From NCBI GenBank assembly GCA_002104905.1, contig MCFE01000389.1, positions 1 through 64,000 of the forward strand: a stretch of DNA of 64,000 nt, given 5' to 3'. How positions within the stretch are numbered: the first letter of the stretch is position 1; every line of letters starts with the position of its first letter. The DNA comes from Basidiobolus meristosporus CBS 931.73. Lineage: Eukaryota; Fungi; Basidiobolomycota. This document shows, piece by piece, positions 51,585 to 60,541 of this stretch. The position numbers and the translations under genes are program-made. The notes under the pieces are model-generated. The model made no database searches, was not told the DNA's origin, and was given only the letters and a program-made list of their open reading frames with translations.

Positions 51585-53846
51585 TTAGTAGAACAAAAGC
51601 TCGGTACTCTTCGGGAGGGCCCAATGCTTGTCAGCCACCGCTTCCTCCAGTTTGTTGGTTCGGGTGGTGATTTTCTCCATGAGGGGGAGGAGGTTTTTGC
51701 AGGCTTTCTTGGCCTGTTCGTGCTCATCCGACTCCACATCTTTAACCGCCTCGGTAAGTTCAGCTATCAGTTCGTGGAAGCCGGAGAGCGTTTCTGATAG
51801 GTCGGTTAGAAGGGAGGTTTCAGCAGAAGCGTCTACGCCAATATCCGACATACACTTGGCCCCGAGCGCAAGCTCCTTTCTGTACTCGTAAGTGCTCGGT
51901 AGGATTTGTTGCTGGACCAAGGTTTTCAGCGTGTTGGCCTCCACGATCAAATCCTTGGCATACCGCTCCTTCATAATGTGGTATCTGGAGTTGAGTTCGG
52001 ACTCGGTGAACACCCCGGTCTCCTCGACCAGCATCTTCTTCGATTCAGCAGTCATCAGCTGCTCAAATGCATCTGGAGAGTTCCTGAGGTTGGGAAGTCC
52101 GCGGCGTTCGGCCTCCTGCACCCACTCATCGGAGTAGTTGTCCCGCTCGAAGCGGATGGGCTTGGTGGAGGCGATGTACTTCTTGATGACGTTGAGTTTG
52201 TCAGCGTCCGAGACCATCGGCTTGTCACCCTTCTCCTTGATCAGTTCCTCGGTGATCTCGTTGAGGGCAGAGGCCACAGCCGCGTTGAGTACGGTGACTG
52301 GGAACGAGGGGGACTGTTTGGATCCAACCGCACGGAACTCGAACTTGTTCCCGGTGAAGGCGAATGGAGATGTACGATTACGATCGGTCAGATCACGGGT
52401 GATGCTGGGAAGTGAGGCAACCTTGACGTCGAGACTAGTGCCTCCAAGCTTCACCGATTGGATATGGGGTCGGGAGAAAGTCTTGATAGGGCGGGCCTCC
52501 TCCACCGCATCAAGGACCTCGCTCAACTGCTCGCCCAGGAAGGCGGACACGATTCCAGGCGGCGCTTCAGCCGCTCCAAGGCGATGATCGTTCGACGCAC
52601 TGGAAATGGTGGTGCGCAGAAGACCACCATGCTTGTGCACCGCGTGAAGTACGGCAACAAGGAACAGAAGGAATTGGTAGTTGGTCTCTGGCTTGACCGT
52701 GGGGTCAAGCAGGTTCTCCCCGCGGTCCGTGGAGAGCGACCAGTTGCAGTGCTTGCCAGATCCATTGATTCCCTTGAACGGCTTCTCGTGGAATAGGACC
52801 TTCAGGTTGTGTCTGTGCGCCACCTTGTGGAGCACCTCCATGGTGATCAAGTTGTGATCAACCGCGATCGAGGCCTCCTCGAAGATTGGCGCCATCTCAA
52901 ACTGCGATGGGGCAACCTCGTTGTGTCTGGTCTTGATTGGGACCCCGAGTTTGTAACTCTCCAGCTCAGTCTCGCTCAAGGTGGCGATCACTCTGCTTGG
53001 CATCTGGCCAAAGTAGTGGTCCTCCATCTGTTGGTGCTTCGGCGGAAGGTTACCGAAGAGAGCGCGACCACAGATCTTGAGATCTGGACGAAGAGCATAT
53101 AATGCACGGTCAATCAGGAAGAACTCCTGCTCCGTTCCGAGCGTGGAGTACACGCGCTGGACATATGGTGGCACGCCGGCTGGGACAGGCTTGATGAGGT
53201 TCAAGAGGCGGCAGGCGGCCTTGGACACGGCCTCACTGGACCTGAGCAGCACTGTCTTCTCATCCAAGGCATCTCCGTTGTATGAGATGAACACCGAGGG
53301 AATGTACAGGATTGAGGTGTTGTGGGGACCGGGCTGGATGAACATGGGACTGGTGGTGTCCCACACTGTGTAACCTCTGGCCTCGAATGTGGTTCTCATT
53401 CCCCCGGATGGGAAGCTTGAGGCATCGGGCTCCGCTTGGAGCAGCTGGGTTCCTGAAAATGAATCAATAGCATGGACATCCTCACCATTAGGTCCATGTG
53501 TAGATTTGAGCGTAAGGAAGCAGTCGTGCTTTTCAGCAGTTGTTCCAGTTTGAGGCTGGAACCAGTGAGTGAAGTGGGTGGCACCGCGCTCAGTGGCCCA
53601 GATACGAACAGCATGAGCAATAGCATCGGCGGTAGCTTTGTCCAAAGTTTGACGACCCTTGACCTGCCTGATGAATTGGGCGAAGACAGGCTTCGGCAGC
53701 GCTTTGGACATGGACTTGAGATTGAACACGTTCTCACCAAAGATCTCGGCAACGGAAATCGCCTTTCCATGAGTAGTGGGGAAATCGATCTTGCGAGGAT
53801 TTCGTTTCACCCCTTCCAGGATTGCGTTGGTTCGTGCTTGATTCAT
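51585..53846 (-). CDS. glnN: Glutamine synthetase type III, copy 1 (753 aa, intronless)
   Basis: GSIII motifs THFTHWFQP, EPDASSFPSGG.R.TFEARGYT.WD, GTEQEFFL, HNEVAPSQFE, EKPFKGINGSGKH.NWS, HRLGA.EAPP and DRNRTSPFAFTGNKFEFRAVGS. Confidence 0.95.
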   Translation of the reverse strand: MNQARTNAILEGVKRNPRKIDFPTTHGKAISVAEIFGENVFNLKSMSKALPKPVFAQFIRQVKGRQTLDKATADAIAHAVRIWATERGATHFTHWFQPQTGTTAEKHDCFLTLKSTHGPNGEDVHAIDSFSGTQLLQAEPDASSFPSGGMRTTFEARGYTVWDTTSPMFIQPGPHNTSILYIPSVFISYNGDALDEKTVLLRSSEAVSKAACRLLNLIKPVPAGVPPYVQRVYSTLGTEQEFFLIDRALYALRPDLKICGRALFGNLPPKHQQMEDHYFGQMPSRVIATLSETELESYKLGVPIKTRHNEVAPSQFEMAPIFEEASIAVDHNLITMEVLHKVAHRHNLKVLFHEKPFKGINGSGKHCNWSLSTDRGENLLDPTVKPETNYQFLLFLVAVLHAVHKHGGLLRTTISSASNDHRLGAAEAPPGIVSAFLGEQLSEVLDAVEEARPIKTFSRPHIQSVKLGGTSLDVKVASLPSITRDLTDRNRTSPFAFTGNKFEFRAVGSKQSPSFPVTVLNAAVASALNEITEELIKEKGDKPMVSDADKLNVIKKYIASTKPIRFERDNYSDEWVQEAERRGLPNLRNSPDAFEQLMTAESKKMLVEETGVFTESELNSRYHIMKERYAKDLIVEANTLKTLVQQQILPSTYEYRKELALGAKCMSDIGVDASAETSLLTDLSETLSGFHELIAELTEAVKDVESDEHEQAKKACKNLLPLMEKITTRTNKLEEAVADKHWALPKSTELLFY

Positions 53847-54875
53847 TCTATTCTTAGGATTGATATGGAAAAAAGAGATTGGATTGCTGAAGGGGTTTAT
53901 TGATGTTATTTATTGGCAACGACGCACATTTATATGAAACAAACGGCCAGAAATAGAAAGCTTCTTAAATTCACAGTTGGCACTTCAGTGTTTCTTATGG
54001 GCATATGATTACCGTAAAAAATCGATGGTCAGATGGGCTGCTGTGTAAGTTCAACATAGACCCGTGTCTGAGGTGATTACGGCCCATTCCCTATCTTACC
54101 TAATCTCTGGCAGTACGGAAATCTGGGGATGGGACTGTCATGGTTGATAGGGAAATATCGCCCAATTGATAGGTAACAGAGTCTCTTATCTATGTTACTG
54201 TCCCCATATCACATTACCAAAGAGTTGGGCATGATTGCAATCGACCATTGCACAACGTGTGATTATAGGTTGAAGTCATATGATTCATTAAAGTAGGCTG
54301 GCTATTTCCAGAGTCAATCACAATGGATGATCGATCATCACCGATACGAGCGATTAATTGGTTGATCGATCTGTCCAGGAGGCTTAGCAAACGTCGAAAC
54401 CAAGGAAAGGGTGGACAGGAAAGCCTGGATTTACACATATAATGAGTATAGGACTTGGCTGGGGTCTTATCTATCAGACGCGCAACCAAGGGGCACCATC
54501 CATGAAATCGACCGAGTACCATATTCAGAAATATCGAGGGTTTAAGGGTTCACCAACTAGATCATTTCTGGAAAAAGCAGTATAAACATGGGATTCTCTA
54601 ATTCAGGGAAAGAATATGAACTCATGCTTCGCCCCTCCCCCTAGTGGACAACCCATTTGACCATATGTAATGAATTCGTAGTCAATGGGTTCTTCACAAC
54701 TAATCACAATTGTAACCAATCAGTGGGCCAAAGTGCAGTTGCGCAAAGGTCTATCATGGAATCGCCGTCCACTAAAATACTATAAAAGTATACCTGACAA
54801 GTATGCTACCACACGCATCAATCCCCTTTGTCTCTATTTCAGAAGGCCACTTTTCTATTCTGATCTGCTTTTGTA
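53847..54875. promoter_or_regulatory. Divergent promoter region of the GSIII pair with TATA-like boxes and seven HGATAR sites
   Basis: TATAAAA at 54781 (+) and TATAAAT at ~53929-53935 (-). HGATAR at 54091, 54145, 54167, 54186, 54467, 54471 and 54751. Confidence 0.55.
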
Positions 54876-57146
54876 ATGAGTAGTCCACGCGTAGTTGCAC
54901 TTCTTGATAACGTTAAGAGGCCAACAAGAAAGATCGACTTCCCAACCACCGGAGTCAGCAAGAAGTCTATCAGCGTATCTGAGATTTACGGGGAGAATGT
55001 GTTTACCCTGAAGTCCATGTCCAAGGCGTTACCCAAGCCAATCTTTGCTCAGTTCATTAAGCAGGTGAAGGGTCGCCAAACTTTGGACAAAGCTACCGCC
55101 GATGCTATTGCTCATGCTGTTCGTATCTGGGCCACTGAGCGCGGCGCCACCCACTTCACTCACTGGTTCCAGCCTCAAACTGGAACAACTGCTGAAAAGC
55201 ACGACTCCTTCCTCACTTTAAGATCTATTCATGGTCCCACAGGTGAAGAAGTCCACGCTATGGACTCGTTTTCAGGAACCCAGCTGCTCCAAGCGGAGCC
55301 CGATGCCTCAAGCTTCCCATCCGGGGGAATGAGAACCACATTCGAGGCCAGAGGCTACACAGTGTGGGACACCACCAGTCCCATGTTCATCCAGCCCGGT
55401 CCCCACAACACCTCAATCCTGTACATTCCCTCGGTGTTCATCTCATACAACGGAGATGCCTTGGATGAGAAGACAGTGCTGCTCAGGTCCAGTGAGGCCG
55501 TGTCCAAGGCCGCCTGCCGCCTCTTGAACCTCATCAAGCCTGTCCCAGCCGGCGTGCCACCATATGTCCAGCGCGTGTACTCCACGCTCGGAACGGAGCA
55601 GGAGTTCTTCCTGATTGACCGTGCATTATATGCTCTTCGTCCAGATCTCAAGATCTGTGGTCGCGCTCTCTTCGGTAACCTTCCGCCGAAGCACCAACAG
55701 ATGGAGGACCACTACTTTGGCCAGATGCCAAGCAGAGTGATCGCCACCTTGAGCGAGACTGAGCTGGAGAGTTACAAACTCGGGGTCCCAATCAAGACCA
55801 GACACAACGAGGTTGCCCCATCGCAGTTTGAGATGGCGCCAATCTTCGAGGAGGCCTCGATCGCGGTTGATCACAACTTGATCACCATGGAGGTGCTCCA
55901 CAAGGTGGCGCACAGACACAACCTGAAGGTCCTATTCCACGAGAAGCCGTTCAAGGGAATCAATGGATCTGGCAAGCACTGCAACTGGTCGCTCTCCACG
56001 GACCGCGGGGAGAACCTGCTTGACCCCACGGTCAAGCCAGAGACCAACTACCAATTCCTTCTGTTCCTTGTTGCCGTACTTCACGCGGTGCACAAGCATG
56101 GTGGTCTTCTGCGCACCACCATTTCCAGTGCGTCGAACGATCATCGCCTTGGAGCGGCTGAAGCGCCGCCTGGAATCGTGTCCGCCTTCCTGGGCGAGCA
56201 GTTGAGCGAGGTCCTTGATGCGGTGGAGGAGGCCCGCCCTATCAAGACTTTCTCCCGACCCCATATCCAATCGGTGAAGCTTGGAGGCACTAGTCTCGAC
56301 GTCAAGGTTGCCTCACTTCCCAGCATCACCCGTGATCTGACCGATCGTAATCGTACATCTCCATTCGCCTTCACCGGGAACAAGTTCGAGTTCCGTGCGG
56401 TTGGATCCAAACAGTCCCCCTCGTTCCCAGTCACTGTACTCAACGCGGCTGTGGCCTCTGCCCTCAACGAGATCACCGAGGAACTGATCAAGGAGAAGGG
56501 TGACAAGCCGATGGTCTCGGACGCTGACAAACTCAACGTCATCAAGAAGTACATCGCCTCCACCAAGCCCATCCGCTTCGAGCGGGACAACTACTCCGAT
56601 GAGTGGGTGCAGGAGGCCGAACGCCGCGGACTTCCCAACCTCAGGAACTCTCCAGATGCATTCGAGCAGCTGATGACTGCTGAATCGAAGAAGATGCTGG
56701 TCGAGGAGACCGGGGTGTTCACCGAGTCTGAACTCAACTCCAGATACCATATTTTGAACGAACGGTATGCCAAGGATTTGATTGTGGAGGCCAACACGCT
56801 GAAAACCTTGGTCCAGCAACAAATCTTACCCAGCGCCTATGAGTACAGAAAAGATCTCGCTCTGTCGGCCTCGGCGCTGGATAACTTGGGTATCGATGCG
56901 GCAGCAGAAAAGAAGCTTCTCACGCAGATGAGCTCGATCGTAAATGAGCTCCAGGATAAGACCGAGGAGTTGGTCAAATCCGTCGATACTGTCGAACAAA
57001 GCGACCATCACGACCAAGCACACGGGGCATGCAAGCAGATCCTTCCCACCATGGGCATCGTACGCTCCCTTGCGGATAAGTTGGAAGAGTTGGTGGCCGA
57101 CAAGTTCTGGAGCTTGCCAAAGAATACGGAATTACTATTTTACTGA
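54876..57146 (+). CDS. glnN: Glutamine synthetase type III, copy 2 (756 aa, intronless)
   Basis: Same GSIII motifs. Protein identical to copy 1 over the central ~490 aa and diverged at both termini. Confidence 0.95.
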   Translation: MSSPRVVALLDNVKRPTRKIDFPTTGVSKKSISVSEIYGENVFTLKSMSKALPKPIFAQFIKQVKGRQTLDKATADAIAHAVRIWATERGATHFTHWFQPQTGTTAEKHDSFLTLRSIHGPTGEEVHAMDSFSGTQLLQAEPDASSFPSGGMRTTFEARGYTVWDTTSPMFIQPGPHNTSILYIPSVFISYNGDALDEKTVLLRSSEAVSKAACRLLNLIKPVPAGVPPYVQRVYSTLGTEQEFFLIDRALYALRPDLKICGRALFGNLPPKHQQMEDHYFGQMPSRVIATLSETELESYKLGVPIKTRHNEVAPSQFEMAPIFEEASIAVDHNLITMEVLHKVAHRHNLKVLFHEKPFKGINGSGKHCNWSLSTDRGENLLDPTVKPETNYQFLLFLVAVLHAVHKHGGLLRTTISSASNDHRLGAAEAPPGIVSAFLGEQLSEVLDAVEEARPIKTFSRPHIQSVKLGGTSLDVKVASLPSITRDLTDRNRTSPFAFTGNKFEFRAVGSKQSPSFPVTVLNAAVASALNEITEELIKEKGDKPMVSDADKLNVIKKYIASTKPIRFERDNYSDEWVQEAERRGLPNLRNSPDAFEQLMTAESKKMLVEETGVFTESELNSRYHILNERYAKDLIVEANTLKTLVQQQILPSAYEYRKDLALSASALDNLGIDAAAEKKLLTQMSSIVNELQDKTEELVKSVDTVEQSDHHDQAHGACKQILPTMGIVRSLADKLEELVADKFWSLPKNTELLFY

Positions 57147-57502
57147 GACCCCCTAATGGATGAAATATGTACCAACAAATATGCCGCAAATCGCACACTA
57201 TCCACACTGCTCATCTGCAGTTTCCCAAAAAAATCCCTTGTAAAGTCCCATGTGTGATATCGGTGATCTCTAAAGATCACCATCTGGGAACTGTAATATC
57301 TTAATCCAAATGAAAATAAATCATGACAGATACGCGTCAGGTAAAGCCCATAATATAACCCAAAAAAATGACGTCCATTCTGGATTGTCAGCAATATCTG
57401 GAAAAATCACCAACAATTCGGGGAATTTTCACAATCACTTAAACAACTCTGTTGAATACTCTCTTGCAGTTACCAACTTTGAAGTGACCTCCTTAAAGCA
57501 GA

Positions 57503-58352
57503 ATGTACCTTTTTCTTTTTTCCAACCCATTCAAAGGCAAACCTTACTAAATCGTGCACTTTTCCCCCTTAAGGTCTAGCTACTGGGTTTCGAACCAGAA
57601 ATTCTGGTGTAAGTACTGTAAGATCTATATAACAGACAACAAACCGGTATGTGTTGAAACGACCCCTTTCACGATGGACTCGGGAACATGGAACACTAAG
57701 CATAGTAATATTCTCGACACCATAGAGTAGGCAAATCCACGATAATGGCAAGAAGCACAAGGATAATGTCAAGTATTATCTTAGGGAAGTGGATAAGAAA
57801 TCCGAGGAAAACCGTAGGGAGCAAGACATGATGAAGATGGAATTGCGACGCATTGAAAGAGTAAGCTGGTCAGAGGACAAACCATTCACCTTGCTTGATG
57901 CTGATCTCTTTGTGACTCTTTAGGCGGCATACAAACAATACGCTCAAGACATTATTGATGGTGCCCCACCTCCAGCAATTCCTGTCAAAAGACCACCACC
58001 TCCACCTATTCCTCAATCTTCTGCATATTCGGCACCAGTACCACCACCCGAAGAGGAGAACCCCGCTGCAGACGAAGGCCCGCAAATCGGTCCATGGGTT
58101 CCAGTAGTAAAGCCCAAGCCGACGAATATCGTCAAACCTAAAGAAACTTCGGATGTTCCATATGTCGAAGACGACGAGGATGATGGTGAGGATTTGAGTG
58201 GCTTCAAAATCGTGGAAAAGACACACCCCGTTGATACGGAAGAACCTGCGGACGAAAAGGAGGAGCCCACTACCTCGCTTTTCAAAAAGAGGAAGAGCGA
58301 CTCGGCCGGTAAGAAGAGAAATATCAGGAAAAAATCAGGCACGGCTGAGTAA
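57503..58352 (+). CDS. WBP4/FBP21-like U1 (matrin-type) zinc-finger protein, ~212 aa, 4 exons; not shown by the ORF track
   Basis: Exons 57503-57504, 57574-57646, 57726-57860 and 57924-58352 give MSSYWVSNQKFWCKYCKIYITDNKP-SRQIHDNGKKHKDNV...ELRRIER-AAYKQY, then a Pro/acidic tract and basic tail. C2H2 spacing matches zf-U1 and no WW domain is seen. The first exon is inferred. Confidence 0.8.
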
Positions 58353-58499
58353 AGCGCTAGCCCTTTCCATCAGTCACGCATAGCCACCACAATAAATCGT
58401 GTATATATACTTCGATAGACAAACAGCTCACATAGAAGATGGAATCCATTTCGACAATAAAGAACGGTTATTTTATTGGAATGATACTGGTTAGGTCGC

Positions 58500-59132
58500 T
58501 TATTTCTTGACCTTTTGGGCTTCCTCTTCAGCCTTAAGCTTGGCACGCTTCTCACGGATACCGCGGTAACGTTGCTCGGAGCGAACGTTACGAAGGGTGG
58601 CGTAGGCAGAAGCATTCTTCTCCTCGTCAGTAACCTTGCGAGCCTTCTCCTTCTTGAAGACTTGGGTAACAGGCATGACGGAGCCAGAGAGTTGCTTGGC
58701 CTCAGCGAGCTCAGCAGCCTCGCTGTCACCCTTCTTGGGCTTGCCAGCCTTCTTGGGGAAGACAATAAGCTTAGCCTTGTAGGCCTTGAGACGTTGGACG
58801 TTCAAGCTGAGGGATTCCTCAGACTTGTTGCGACGACGGTGGTCGACGGAGATACCGATGGTCAAAGCTTCCTTGCGTCTGATACCAGCTACCTTGAGTT
58901 CTTCCAAGGTGAAACCCTTACCAGCTCTCAACTTGGTGTTGTACTTGATGGTAGGGCATCTGACGGCAGGTCTGAGGAGACCGTCGACGGGACGGGGGGC
59001 AATACGAGCAGCCTTTTGGACGCGATTGAGTCTTCTGCGCTTCTTGCGACCGGCTTGGTCGAACCAGGTCTTGACACGCAATTGCCAGTCCTTACGGAAG
59101 TGGTTGTTCGGCAACTGATTGTTGTGCTTCAT
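58500..59132 (-). CDS. RPL13: 60S ribosomal protein L13 (eL13)
   Basis: [30 protein letters not shown]...[26 protein letters not shown]. Probable 5'UTR intron 59136-59241. Confidence 0.97.
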   Translation of the reverse strand: MKHNNQLPNNHFRKDWQLRVKTWFDQAGRKKRRRLNRVQKAARIAPRPVDGLLRPAVRCPTIKYNTKLRAGKGFTLEELKVAGIRRKEALTIGISVDHRRRNKSEESLSLNVQRLKAYKAKLIVFPKKAGKPKKGDSEAAELAEAKQLSGSVMPVTQVFKKEKARKVTDEEKNASAYATLRNVRSEQRYRGIREKRAKLKAEEEAQKVKK

Positions 59133-59698
59133 TTCCTAGGAACGAATGGTTAAGGATGACATGTGTGTGGTGGCATCACTGGAGATGGATGCCAGCGAAG
59201 GTCTATTGATTTCATTCATATAACATCATATAAAAGGATACGGTTGTTTCAGAACAACAAGGACTTGAAGGAAAGAGAAGGAACGGCTGTACCTCACGAG
59301 AACTATTTTATAAAGCGACCAGTTAAAATCCGTGACCATTCACTTTTTATTGGTGTATTCTAGGCAAAAATTCTCTGGGATTTTTGTTACGGCGGATCGG
59401 GGAAAATTTTTCCAATCTTTCAATCATGGCGACTGCGTGGAAATCGGGTGGAATCTGGCCAAATGTCCATCAAGTTTCCCATAGATTTGGCATTTGGTTG
59501 CTCTCGAGCATCGACAACAAACATTCACTCATATATATGCTAGCAGCGTTTGTAGCACCGTGCGCTATAAACCCATATCCACCTGCACTCATCACAATCA
59601 CAACCCAATTAAGCAAACATGATTTGGTCACAATGAAGATTCGTTTCTCCAAAAGTTTATTGGTATTCACAAGGGATAAAGTAAAGTGCGTACACACT

Positions 59699-60097
59699 CT
59701 AGTTCTCTTGGGTGCGAAGTCTGGCGTTAGCGTTGGTAACCTTGACATTCAATTGTTGGGCGCGCTCAACAATGGAGATGCGGTTCTTGGAGCTGACGTT
59801 GTGAGCAATCTCGGCAGCGTAGGTACGGTTTTGCATCAACAAAACTTCCAATTCCTTAACACTGGAGACGACGAACTTCTTGAAGCCATTGGGCATAAGG
59901 TGACGGGTCTTCTGGTTGGAGCCATAACCGATCTTGGGCATGGGGATTTGGCCCTTGAATCTACGACGGACACGGTTATCGATACCCTTGGGCTTTCTCC
60001 AAGACTCCTTGACGGTCTTGTAGCGGTCAGATTGATGACGCTTGAAGGGCTTAGTGCGCTTCTTGACAATAGAGACTTTGTTAACGGAAGAGACCAT
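59699..60097 (-). CDS. RPL32: 60S ribosomal protein L32 (eL32)
   Basis: [15 protein letters not shown]...[17 protein letters not shown]. 5'UTR intron 60104-60177 with TACTAAC branch point. Confidence 0.97.
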   Translation of the reverse strand: MVSSVNKVSIVKKRTKPFKRHQSDRYKTVKESWRKPKGIDNRVRRRFKGQIPMPKIGYGSNQKTRHLMPNGFKKFVVSSVKELEVLLMQNRTYAAEIAHNVSSKNRISIVERAQQLNVKVTNANARLRTQEN

Positions 60098-60541
60098 CTT
60101 TTACTACATACAATGCAACGTTAGTACGGGTCGTCGCAGATAGATGGCTGTTGATCGCTGAATGGATGCGAAATTACCTTGCTCACGCAGCCAAATGGAT
60201 AGGGGAAGAGGAAGAACTTGGCTCGCCTATCTGAATTGTTTTAAAACTTCCCTTGGGTGCTGGAAAAAAATCAATACATCACCCCGCGATCGATCACATG
60301 ACGAGGAAGGGGCCAACCACTGGCTGATGCAGTTTACCCAACTCTCGCTCCCAAACGCGTAACTTAACCCAGAAATGTTGATCAGGCTTGAGTGTGAAAC
60401 GAGTCCAATGATCCATTGCTCCCACTCGAAATGTTGGCTAGTATCGCGTGGTGGTGGGGAAATTTTCTTACCTGCGCACTCGTCATACCAAACGCACCTT
60501 TACTCCCCGCAACCACCTAACCCCCTTCTATTTCACACCTG

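Noticed and set aside
51979-56749. GSIII identity as a pure assembly collapse
   Set aside because: Four copy-specific substitutions in the core and in-frame, motif-preserving junctions with distinct termini argue for two real genes. Long reads are still needed to exclude polishing effects.
59136-59241. Possible snoRNA in the longer (106-nt) RPL13 intron, which contains a small TGGCATC/GATGCCA hairpin
   Set aside because: No proper box C (RTGATGA) and box D (CTGA) pair at a suitable spacing, and no convincing H/ACA architecture.
50091-60124. Many long antisense or alternative-frame ORFs over cry, both GSIII genes, RPL13 and RPL32
   Set aside because: Shadow ORFs caused by GC3-biased codon use on the real strand. 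The duplicated ones merely mirror the GSIII inverted repeat.
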